Shown here piece by piece: positions 12,459 to 24,120 of a stretch of DNA of 64,000 nt. Below the pieces are notes generated by a model. It saw nothing but the letters and a program-made list of their open reading frames with translations, searched no databases and had not been told where the DNA came from. A program made the position numbers and the translations under genes. Origin of the DNA: Octopus bimaculoides (taxonomy: Eukaryota); contig NC_068985.1 of assembly GCF_001194135.2 (NCBI RefSeq), positions 92,846,375-92,910,374 of the forward strand, written 5' to 3'. Every line of letters begins with the position of its first letter. Position 1 is the stretch's first letter.

Positions 12459-14364
12459 GATTAAAGCTGGCATTACACAAGACTTGTTTTATCACTGTTT
12501 ATGGTTGCTGTTTCTGGAGACTATAGGCTATATGTTAATGAGGAAATATTTCAAGAGTCTTTGGTAGATTTCCCTAATTAAGGAGATATATAACCAAAGA
12601 CTTTCTGGCCATTTTGTGTGCTGTTTATTTTCCTAGTGTGTTACAGTGTGATTTGATAGGCATTTAGCTTCTACATCTAGCAGACTGGCACACATTGATG
12701 AACATTTGATGCTTATAGTTTTTAAAGTCTCTGAAAGGTCGACCAAGCAACTTATTATTTCTGGGACCGAGATCAAATATTTTATTCATTTGTTCTTATT
12801 GTTGAGTTTATTGGTTAGAATATGTCAAGCATACGTACTCCACAAAGTTAGATGATCAAATATTTGAGATTATACTAAATTCCTGCCTGTTCTTGGATTA
12901 TGCCATACACTCTGTAATACTTTGTTCGTCTGTGTGGAGTGCTGAGTGGCAAACAATGCATATTGTTTGCACTGTTCAGTAGCTTGGTCTTAGGTGATCA
13001 ATCTTTCAATGATGACAAACAGAGTAATTAATTGTGGAACATGAGTTTTAATTCCAACTTGCTGGCATTGAAAATACAGCCAAGAGTTTAATCCTATATA
13101 TCTGCTAATACTGTAGTTATTTTAATGTATAAATCACTAAAATAACTGCATTATTAACAGCCTTGCTTAAATATTATCTGAACAGTTTGCAATGCCATTA
13201 GATGTTAAAGCTAGATTAACCTGCAGTTACAAGGGTTATAATAACAAAGTAGGCTGGTATCCATGAGTTTTGCATGTCTAAACGATTTGTGGTCTTTAAG
13301 TTTTTAATATCTTTTCGTGTGCATCTTATAATACTGAAATGCGCATCACCACAGATTATATATGCACATACTGTTTTGTAAGATTTGAAATATACTAAGA
13401 GGTGCATTGCCAAATGTGCTATGTTTAATGATGCTTGAAGATAGGTTGCAAGAACAGATACTGTGTTCATTTAAGCTACAACATCTATAGTTTGTTCAGT
13501 TACAAATAATCTTGATCAATATACCAGCAAGCTTTTTTTATGTCTTGAAATTTAGACACTTTGCTAGAAATTATTTTGGGGTTGGTATTTGTTCGGGCAT
13601 TGTGTGTCTGCGAAATATTGGTATTAATCTAATTTAAGAGGCTCATAAATCATATACATTGTCATATTTTTCTGATGCAGTAATAATGATCTTTTTAATA
13701 TTCAAACAGATAATGTGTTCTGTAAATTCTGTTGTCGCTCACTTTCTTTTGCTTGTGCGATTTGAAGTGATGATATTGAGTTCAATATACTTGAATAGGC
13801 TTTTCAAGAAAAAATACTAAGGATGATTGGCAACATTCTCTGTGACAAACCTATCATATCCATAACATTATGGAAGTTTGGACATTCAAAATATTCTTAT
13901 TCATTATGGGCATTGCTTATATTCACTAATTATTTCATATTTTATGAAATGCATTAAAATAAATTGTATGGATGCAGATAGAACAGATGCTCACTTCCAA
14001 TTCTACTGTTTTATCTATTTCAGCAGAACTGTAATGGCTGTGAATGTATTCTAATAAAATATTTGGGGACAAATATTACAGTATTAGTTTTGGACTCTGT
14101 AAAGTATTGACTGATTCTTTGGAAAACGAATAGCTTCAATTCAGTGAAAGATAGTACAGCTTACCTTTCTACTGAACACAATGCCAGTTTATTATTGGGA
14201 CAACTTGTATTTCTAACAGGGTTTGGAGGAGAATCCAACTCTTATGTGTGTGATTGGGTGATGTCATATATATTAATGTTTGTTTTTATGTCAAGTTATA
14301 ATGAAAACGATTTTACATTAACATGAAGAATTACTCAATACATTTTGGAGAGTACATATTTACA

Positions 14365-14710
14365 GGCAGGTGCAAGCCAGACTGTATGGTAAAAAGCTCG
14401 CTTCCAAACCATGTGGTCTTGGGTTCAGTCCTGCATGGCACCTTGAGCAACTGTCTTCTATTATAACCTAGACTGACCAAAGTCTTCTGAGTGGATTTGG
14501 TGACAGAAACTGGAAGAAATCTGTTGTGTAACTGAGTATGCAATGTGCATGTGTGTATTTCTTCCCCATCACTGCTAGAAGTTTGTCAAAAGGAATCGAA
14601 ACAATAAGTACCAGGTTTTAAAGAATCAATACTGGGGTCACTTTAACTGTGCAGGGCTGTGTCCCAGAATTGCCTCAGTACAAAAATTGAAACAAGTCAA
14701 AGACAGAAGA
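14365..14710 (+). mobile_element. SINE family A, older diverged copy
   Basis: Head with GGGTTCAGTCC, CCTTGAGCAACTGTCTTCTA, AATAAGTACCAGG and the GAAACAAGTCAAAGA tail, all diverged. Confidence 0.75.
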
Positions 14711-15261
14711 TTCTTTAACAACAATAGCATTGGCAGTGACTTTGATGATGGCTTAACAGGTTGAACTTTGAAGTCACTGTCATTACTATCCTTTCTGAAG
14801 CAGACTTAATATAAACAGACAGAGATAGTGATGTTTTGTAAGTATTAAACCATCCATGCTGATTTCTATGCTTTTTGTTACATGCCCAATAAGAAGTTGC
14901 TAGCCTTTGGTTCAACTCACCTTCATTTTTTTATATTTTCTTGAGTGGGAGGGACTAAGGACATTTGACATGGTCACTCCCAATTTTCATGTTGTGCACT
15001 GTTGTTTATTCTGAGAGGAGGGGATGAATTAACCTTGGTACTTCACTGGTATTTTACTGACTCTGGATGGATGAATACCAAATTTGACTAGAGAGGTATT
15101 TCAAACCAGATCACAAAGACCTAGAACAATAACTATTTAAAAGTTTTTTGTTGATACTGGTTACAAATCTTTCAGTTAAGTCTCTCTTCCTCTCTCTCAC
15201 TTCCCGTCTCTCCCACACACACACACTGTCTCCCTACCTCTCTCTCTCTCTTTGGACAATT

Positions 15262-15497
15262 TATTTATTGCCCACAGGGGGCTAAACATAGTGGGGACAA
15301 ACAAGGACAGGCAAAGGGATTAAGTCGGTTACATCGACCCCAGTGCATAACTGGTACTTATTTAATCGACTCCAAAAGAAAGAAAGGCAAAGTCAACCTT
15401 GGCGGAATTTGAACTCAGAACATAACAGCATACGAAATACCGCTAAGCGTTTCGCCCAGCATGCTAATAATTCTGCCAGCTCACCACCCTTCTCTGC
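15262..15497 (-). mobile_element. tRNA-derived SINE, family B, full length, with apparent 10-bp target-site duplication
   Basis: Minus strand: GGTGGTGAGCTGGCAGAA...TTCTGAGTTCAAATTCCGCC...GTCGATTAAATAAGTACCAG...GTGGGCAATAA. ACAATTTATT occurs at 15256-15265 and 15498-15507. The central part resembles, from memory, the Deu/Nin SINE domain. More decayed copies lie near 15045-15130, 18700-18800, 45370-45485 and 52635-52770. Confidence 0.88.
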
Positions 15498-16672
15498 ACA
15501 ATTTATTGCTGTGTCCAGATGACTCTGTTGGTGCTACTCTGACTTTGATTTGTATCCTTACTGATCAGGAAACTTTGAGAACTTTTCCCATTGTTTATAA
15601 ATTTAGGCGTGCGCACCCCCACTACACTCACTGATGTGTGTTTGTGTGTGTTAATTACATTTGAATTTACCCTTTCCCAAATTCAGTTCTTCTTTTGCTT
15701 GAGGTGATGGGGCGTGTTATCATCTTCGAAATAACACATCTATTGAGTACTTGTTCCTCCTATTTGTACAATCAAATACAGACATACATGTTAATGCCCA
15801 ATTTTTTTTCTTTTTAAATATCTGACATACTTAGATATCTATTTCTGTGCTATCAATAATATACCCATGTGATATGTGTTATTTTGTTGACAGTTTACAG
15901 CCATGAGACCTGTCATTACATCTTCAGTAATATACACTCTCGAGATTTGTTACCATGTCATTGACAAGGTCCAATCCTTGTTTTTAATGCAGTTGTTAAC
16001 ATGATTCCATTAACAAAAATGTATTATTAGTATCCATCTAGTTTTGAAACCTACTCTTTCAATATGTATATCTGTTTCCTTTTACGCAGCAGTATGTATT
16101 CAGTACAGACTGAAGTTAAATAAGTTGTGCTGATATCTCACAAAGGAATTGATATCCTTCTGGAATATTGGATATTGGGAAGAATTTGACAGTATTTTTT
16201 TTTAATTCTAACTATGGCAGCTCATATCCTTCATATTTAGAATGAGTTAAACTGCAACAACCAAGTATGTACTCTATAATTTAACTGACTGCACTGAACA
16301 TGCAAAATTTCATTGGCTCTTTTTCTCTGAAAAGAATAATAGCATTAAGCAAAATTCTTGCGTGGAGTTGCATTATAGAAGTACACTAAACAGCAGCTGT
16401 TCGCTCAACATCTGTGTAATTTGTGTAATACTATAGAAATAGGAACAATAAATTCACTTTCTTCTTCCTTTCTCTACAGTTTCTTATTACATGGAAATCA
16501 TATTGCGATAAGTCTTTATTAAGTAATCCTCATTAATGAATTTTTATGTATAAAGACTTAATTTTTTCCACCACTTTTTTATGTATCTAGATACTCAGTG
16601 TGCATGTGTATGTGTGTGTGTGTGTATGTATCTGTGTATATATCAATATATATATATATATATATATATATA

Positions 16673-17083
16673 NNNNNNNNNNNNNNNNNNNNNNNNNNNN
16701 NNNNNNNNNNNNNNNNNNNNNNNNNNNNNNNNNNNNNNNNNNNNNNNNNNNNNNNNNNNNNNNNNNNNNNNNNNNNNNNNNNNNNNNNNNNNNNNNNNNN
16801 NNNNNNNNNNNNNNNNNNNNNNNNNNNNNNNNNNNNNNNNNNNNNNNNNNNNNNNNNNNNNNNNNNNNNNNNNNNNNNNNNNNNNNNNNNNNNNNNNNNN
16901 NNNNNNNNNNNNNNNNNNNNNNNNNNNNNNNNNNNNNNNNNNNNNNNNNNNNNNNNNNNNNNNNNNNNNNNNNNNNNNNNNNNNNNNNNNNNNNNNNNNN
17001 NNNNNNNNNNNNNNNNNNNNNNNNNNNNNNNNNNNNNNNNNNNNNNNNNNNNNNNNNNNNNNNNNNNNNNNNNNNNNNNNNNN
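16673..17083. other. Assembly gap after (TA)n
   Basis: Run of N. Confidence 0.99.
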
Positions 17084-20000
17084 ATAAGAAAACAAATTAA
17101 ATCTTCAGAAGCTGGTCAAAATGCTTGTATAACAGCTATCATTAATATTGTGGTTTATCCATGTCCGAATTTGCTATTTGGACAGTTTGCTCAGATCCTA
17201 CTGGGATGAATTATCTTAGTCTTCAATTTATATTTGTTTTATTATTTTTATTTTCCATATGAGACACTTAAGATATATTGATGCAGTGAGGGATACATGT
17301 CCATTTGTATATTTTGTGTGCATATCTTGTTGAACATGCATTGCATATGGCAGGAAAATAGGTTATATGATTATCTTGGAGAAGAATTAGATTTATGTGA
17401 ATAGATTAGCCTAAATGAAAAGCTCTACTAAGTTAACTGCATTAACTCAATGTGTGAATTCTCATTTATGGAAAAACAGTCATTCTAAAGTTGTTCATTC
17501 TAACTCGTAGATTTGCTGTCTGCTTAAGAAATCCAGCAAATTTAATTTCATTCACAGTTTAAAAAATTTGAAATATATCTTTAATTTGCGATAGCTTATG
17601 TATAAACCTTATTTGATCATTTTTCATGTTTATTAAATTGAATTTTGATATTCTGCATGCTTTAAGATAGAATATAAATTTGTTTTGTTCCAATAAAATC
17701 AACAGAAACACATTGTGAGGAAATTTCGTTTGCTACATTGACTCTTTTCTTCTTTGCTTTCTTTATTTCATGCAACTCTGTTACTCAACCTTCTTTCTGC
17801 ATTACTGATGCATATAAGAGAATCTGCTGCTGAAGATAGAATGTTATTCAATACCACAGTATATATATCTTTAAAATCAATATATTTATGAAACACACAC
17901 ACATACACACACACATACACACACTGTTTATATATGTTTACATGAATGTTTCTTCATCTTTAACATGTAAATATTTCTGATATTGACTATACAATAGTCT
18001 GTTGGAATAATTCATGAGATATTCTTTTTCTCTTGCACACACCCACAATCATGCTAATACACATGTATATACTTGCAATTGTATGCAATTGCACACCAAT
18101 ACACACATACACACATGTATATGTGAATTTTTATGAAATTACTTTATTCTCTTTGAAGCATTTGTTTTCATTCTGACATTACGATGCCTGAAACTATTTA
18201 GCTGCTTCACTTCTTAAGTATTTCTTCCTTCAGGAGTTTATTAACTTAAATAGGACTTAAAATGTGCTTTTAAGGTATCTTCTTTCACGTGAAAGAGCAG
18301 ATATTTATTATTATTATAAGTTTCACAAATATTTCTCTTATTGAACTTACTTTTGAATTCTTGGAAGTTTCCTTTTCGAATCGGAAGTTTAGAATGTAAA
18401 TTACAAAACAAAGCATAAACTTTATGGTTAATAGAAGTGACAATGCTAAACAATTACAGTGTCAGAAATTGATTTAGAAATATAATTACATTAAAATGCC
18501 TTGTTCACTGTTTAAACTACATTGGATTCTTTTCTTTTATTATTTGGATTTTTTCTTATTTGTTGAAATATTTTAAGATCCTGTTGTAATTGAAAGAATA
18601 TTAATATTAGCAATAATTGATGTCAATAACAACAATTTACCCAGGTAAATTGTTTTAGTTCTGGAACCAATTTTAACATATTGTATACATTTTAATTGAA
18701 ATTAATTTAAAGTAAGCTGAAGAAAAAGGTGGCATGAACTAGATTTGAACTCAAAACAGAAATATGAAACAAATTACTGTAAATTATTCAGTGTTTCTGC
18801 CTAAAACAGTAATGAGGGTAATAATCACATTAATTAAAACTTATTCATGAGGTACAGATCTTTGAGATAGTCTGTAGGTAAAATATTATAATGATTTGGT
18901 ATTAAACTTGGATTTGGTATTTAGTTTTTTGTAAAGTTTTAGAAATAAAGATACTGATTAATATTTGTTTTACCTCATCTAATTCCTTGCAATCGTGTAA
19001 TTTTTTACCACACAACCTAGTTATTTCAATTGGGTTATATTATCTTCGAAAAACTGTTCTAAGAAATATTACAAGATTGATTGTGCAAAGAAATGACATT
19101 ATCAGAAGCTAGAGATGAAAATCATTATTGGCAATTTTGAAAATGTTTATGCATTTCTGCCTCAGAATACCAATTTTTAATGTTTTCTTTTATCTTAACG
19201 GAACTATATTTATCATAGTTAATATCTCTTTGGAATTTCTGGATAACGATACATTTATAATGTATGAAAACTTCATGCAAATTTTTGGAATGTGTTGAAT
19301 TTTCTCCTGATTAATATCAGAAATTTTACATTGACTTTAAAATAATTTAATTCACCTAGCAGCTTAATCAATGTTTCTTTCAAGAGGAAGATGTTAATGG
19401 TAGGAATAAAGATACATTTTAGCTTTCACTTCTTATTTATACTGTTTTAAATTTTAGTAGAGCAGAGTTTTAGATGTGTTTGTTCATTGTGCATATTATT
19501 TTTCTTATTATTTATTTATAAAATTCTTAAATTTATTCTTTACTTTGAACTTATCTAAGATTATCTTCATAAAATTGGAGTTAAGGGAAATAACTCAAAT
19601 GGGCTAGTGACATGAATTTGCATAAATATTTTAAGAGATGATATATTAAATGCTGTATACAAAAATTTCTTAAATGAATGTTCTTAGTTGGAAAAAAAAA
19701 ACAAAAAAAAACTCTAAATGTTAGCAATTATCCAAGAGAAGCAGAGACAATTTGAGAAACTAAGAATAAATCTTCCAAAGTTAATTTACATATGCAAGAG
19801 AAAGTATGATCTTTACTTGTAGGCAAATATATATGGATATATATATAAAATGGATATATTCTGTCCTAATAGTTCTCATCTGCTTTGTATAATTTACTGA
19901 AACTTCTTTTATTATGTCTTTTTTTCTTTTACATAAAGGAAGAAAGTTAGGAATAAATTTTTAGTTGTATCTTGGGAAGATATTTATGACGGTAATAAAC

Positions 20001-20332
20001 ACACAAAAACGAAGTAATTTTTAACCAGTATAAATTGCATATTTGAAAAATTAACTGAAGTATATGATGTAAATAATATTAAAATCGTCTTAATATTATT
20101 GATTGACAGAGTATTTGACAACAAGAGGCAAATTGCCTGTGTATAACCTGTTGGGGGTACAATTTGTGCAGAGAAAAATAAAGAAATGGTTAAGAAATTC
20201 ACACTCTAATCAATGTATAGTTTCAGTTGCCCAGTATCTTTTACCATAAATTTGCATTAAACTATGACTTCTGTGTGAAATTGTGCTGAAGTGTCTGTTG
20301 TTGAAGAGTTGTACTTTTTTTTTCTCGCTCAC

Positions 20333-20342
20333 CTTGCTTAGG
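20333..20342 (-). other. Candidate 10-nt microexon (CCTAAGCAAG)
   Basis: Minus strand: TTAAC branch-like motif, tract ATTTCTTTACTTTGTATTCACTCGCTCTGCCAG, exon, donor AAG|GTGAGC. No transcript evidence. Confidence 0.4.
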
Positions 20343-22047
20343 CTGGCAGAGCGAGTGAATACAAAGTAAAGAAATGTTAAAACTGTATATCAAGGATGTA
20401 AAATAGTCCTTGATAGTCTCAACTACACGTAAATGATGTACATTCAGGCCATTTTGTGAAATAGTTCAATTAAAGATTTTAATTAAGCACTTATAAATCC
20501 CAATAGCTCCCCAAAAGACATGTCTGACTCCCCATGTTTCATGGCTCAACCAGTTTACATCTCAATGTGTTGCCACATGTATATGATTTAATTATCAACA
20601 TGTGGTTTTCAGTGTTGATCATTTAAATTATGGAAAATGGATGCATAAAATTTGCTTCTTTGTTGTTATAAAAAGTATCTACAACACAACCATTCCTTGT
20701 GTAAACCACTGTTGACCTTATTTGCACTTTGACTCCCTGGTAAAGACATTATTAGAAATTATTTGAGAGACTTCCTGCAAGCAAGAGGTGTCTAAGAATC
20801 TCAAGGAATTTGTCACAAGAAATGCTAAAGCTAAGCTAAACAAATACTTTACAATACATGTCATAATTTAATTGAAGAATAAGAAGTTTTTTTCTCATTA
20901 ATGAAATATTACAATTTGTATATCCAGTTGCTTATTTAAATCTTACCAACACCTTAATATTTATCCTTCCCTGTTTTTATGCATCGTTCCTTTTCTGGCC
21001 CACACCTCTCCATTTCCCCTACTATTCTATTACATTGTCATATTCAGTTCTTATTATCAACTGGTTTTTAACTGCTGAACCTACTTATTTGCTCTGTTCA
21101 CTAACCTTGTACACTTCAGAAAACTATTTTCTCTTCTCTAAATTCCCAAGCTCTTTGCTTCTTTTTGTTCTGTATTTATGGCAATATCAGATTCCTACAC
21201 ATATATTGTTAAAGAAATTTAACTATTTTATATTGATTTGTCCACTTTTTGTTTAGATAATTAGCGCTATGTGTCAACAATATATGTATATTATGACTGA
21301 CATGATGATGGTAATTTTTTAATATAGTCATAGAATATATAAACTGTGGCCGTAATGCTTGTCTGGGAAATTAACATTAAAGAAAGTATTGTGAAAACAT
21401 TCTACTTGTGTTTGGCCTTAGAATATTAACAAACTAACAATTTTTTAATATTCTAAGTCTATTGGCTGTGTTGCAGTCCAATCTTTTCCAGTTGTTTATG
21501 CAACTTTTAATGGTCTCCTATCCATTTTGCAAAGATGGCCTTTGTGGAAATGTAATTTTATTGTGATATGTAACTATTGGAAAATAATAGCTTCATTGAT
21601 AATCTCTGTTCTTCATGCTGAAAGGCAGAATCTTTTTTCTTGTCTTATTTAGTTTTCTTCGCTCTGAACATAATAAATCTTAAAAACTTGAAATTCCTAA
21701 AAGCCAAAATTATCTTTTTCACATCTAACCACACCAATACCCCACTTCCCATACATGAGTGTATTATTTATTAGGTATTACTATTGAAAACCTGTTGCAA
21801 AGTTGTGATTGCAATTTAGGTGTAGTATAAAGGTTGTCATGGAATTAAATCTTTACATTTCTTATATGTTGTTTCCCTTAAGAAAGTATTCTCTTTTATA
21901 AAAAAAAACTGGAACTTAATTTAAGATTTGTTAAGTTTAATAAATGGATACTTGCTCAAATTTCACAAGTTTTCCTTTTTTCCTTTTTTTTTTTTTTGTC
22001 ACTTTTCTTACAAATAACATAAAACCTTATTTGTGAGAAAAACTTAC

Positions 22048-22067
22048 TGCTAAACTGCTTCTAGCAA
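22048..22067 (-). other. Candidate 20-nt microexon (TTGCTAGAAGCAGTTTAGCA)
   Basis: Minus strand: CTTGAT, then TTTTTTTTCTTCCCTCCATTGGTCAG, exon, donor GTAAGT. Only the phase 1 to 0 reading is stop-free. Confidence 0.33.
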
Positions 22068-22387
22068 CTGACCAATGGAGGGAAGAAAAAAAAATCAAGC
22101 TGATATATTATTTCTATTGTGCTCATTAAGAATTCAAATTTTACAATAATGCCTTGATATATGTTTGAAATCAAAAGATTGTGCTGCTGTACTCACACAT
22201 ATTGAATAATCTGAAATCAGATGAACATTTTCTTGTTGCCCCTGACTTCTTTTCCATTGGTGTATTTGTTAAGTACCTAAGACAATGTTTCTGTTACCAA
22301 GTGTCATACATATGCAGCTAAATTAGTTTGAATGGAAAGAAATAGCATATACCATTACATGGTTTATAAAATATCAATCAATTTCAT

Positions 22388-22777
22388 TATCATCATCATC
22401 ATCATCATCATATTTCTTAGTTCTTCTTTTTCTCTGATTGAGTTTGCTGGCTTTTTAGTTTTCCACATCATTCTTCATGGTCCTTCATCATCTCAATTGC
22501 TCTGCTAGTTTTTTTTGTTTTTTCACTAGCATTCACTCAGTCTTTCATGCAAGTTGACATTGTATACACAGCTGATGAAAATCAATTCCTTTTCTCCTGC
22601 TTCTTAGAGGGGAAATGTTTATTTCCAACAGATTGCAATTCTCTGAACCTAACACTTCTTTTCTTCTTGATATCTTCTGTTTTATCACTAGAACCAACTT
22701 CAGATGTTAATGGTTCTGTCACCTATACAGTTCTTCTGCACTACTTGTTCAAGTGTACAACTAGTTGTATTGGCAAC
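22388..22777 (-). mobile_element. Very decayed LINE (probably RTE) remnant with (GAT)n tail, continuing at 23708-23800 beyond the mariner
   Basis: Rejoined flanks read DIETIIPDMKAGKTTGLSGK..LEQVVQKNCI, resembling RTE DMK.GKA.GPSG...NQVV.EG.I. Many stops; (ATC)n at 22388-22410. Confidence 0.4.
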
Positions 22778-22779
22778 TA

Positions 22780-23705
22780 TGAGGGGAAGTCAAAAATTAT
22801 TTGCATTTTCATCAAAACTCTCTTTAGATTGACCACACCATCTTCAGTGTGGGTTTCTCATTATGCAACCAAAGTTTGACCTTGGTCACTCCAGTTTGCT
22901 TTCTTGTGTTACAGAATAAACAAAGGTGCTCTGCTATAGGTGTGCACCAAAGAAGAACAGACATCAGTGATCTGATTTCTCTGGTCTGAAGGTGTGTCAG
23001 GGGCTGAAATTTATTACTGACTTTCAATACAATAGAGGGACAGCATTCTATCATTTAAAAGTGTGCATGAGTGGATTGAGACAAATGTGGAACAAGAAGA
23101 GGGAACAGGATGTCCATCAACCTCCATCACTGATGTGAAGATTCAATAAGCTTTTTTGGAAAGTATAGTCACAAGTAATGAGACTTGGGTTCATTACTTT
23201 GAGCCAGAATCCAAACTATGATGTGAAAAAGAAATTCAAGACTCAATCTTCTACAGAAAAAGTGAAAAAGGATCTATATTGGAACATTACCTGAAAAGGA
23301 GGATGTACAGTCACAAGTGTAGGTTATAAGGAAATGCTGGCCAACAAACTGAAACCAACAATTTGCGCCAAATAGCAAGGTCTGTTGTCAAATCAAGTAT
23401 TATTGTTGCATGATAATGCACACCCACATACGACTGCCCACACTGTTGAAACCATTGAAAAATTGGGTTTCAGGTTGCCAGAATAGTCCAGTTCTTTTAA
23501 CTATTACCTTTGGTTCACTGAAACATCCTTTACAAGGTTGTTGATTTGCTGTGGATGAAGTACAGAAAATGTGAACGACCATTAGCCTTTGATTCCAATT
23601 GAATAAGCAAGGAAACTGTCGAAAGAGGATGTAATTGTTCTACTTCTGCTTTTGTTTTAATAATTTCTAGAAAGAAGAGCATGTATAATTTTTGACTTAT
23701 GCTCA
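22780..23705 (+). mobile_element. Mariner (DD34D-type) DNA transposon relic, internally deleted
   Basis: TIRs TGAGGGGAAGTCAAAAATTA and TAATTTTTGACTTATGCTCA, with TA duplications at 22778-79 and 23706-07. Translation CTKEEQTSVI*FLWSEGVSGAEI...FLESIVTSNETWVHYFEPESK...LLHDNAHPHT, with stops and deletions. Confidence 0.92.
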
Positions 23706-24039
23706 TATATTTTCCTGATAGACCTGTTGTTTTCCCTGCTTTCATGTCAGGTATGATTGTCTCAATATCTAAAACTACATTTTGGGGTTTCTTTTGCTAT
23801 CTATTCATTATACTTAACAACTTCTGATGTAGAACTTCCCGCAAGCGTTTCTTTCCACTGTAACTGAGAACCATTTTTTAATCCATTTTGTTTTTTTCCT
23901 AATAATATCCTTGTTCATATGAATTTACAGTTTGATGCCTCATATCTTCTCAGTGCAGAACATTTACAAACATCTGCCATACTTAGCTGAATAAACTTGA
24001 TGTTTCTCTTACCACCTAGCCTTTACTTAGCATTGTGAG

Positions 24040-24120
24040 GTTGTAGTTACACAGTTGCTCAGCCTGCTAGAAATAGCAGCCAAATTCTCTTCCAATAAAC
24101 ACATTCTACCAGCTTCATCG
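24040..24120 (+). mobile_element. Fragment of SINE-like family C
   Basis: CCTGCTAGAAATAGCAGCCAAAT is shared with 51790-51815 and, degenerately, with 47430-47600. Confidence 0.5.

Noticed and set aside
14165-14260. 48-nt minus-strand exon candidate and an adjacent + strand acceptor
   Set aside because: Equally plausible signals on both strands, no recognisable peptide, and the phase does not match the other candidates.
16581-17209. Long ORFs in the supplied track made of X, IY, HT, SL or RE runs (also 6008-6359, 46236-46982, 57651-58078)
   Set aside because: They are artefacts of N gaps and dinucleotide microsatellites, which lack stop codons.
22640-22720. KKKRSVRF, a PP1-docking RVxF-like motif on the minus strand
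   Set aside because: It sits in a stop-riddled LINE-like remnant, not in a supported gene.
23725-23756. Second AG|GT ratchet-like site (TTTCATGTCAG|GTATGA)
   Set aside because: It lies in the antisense of a LINE remnant and has no good downstream donor.
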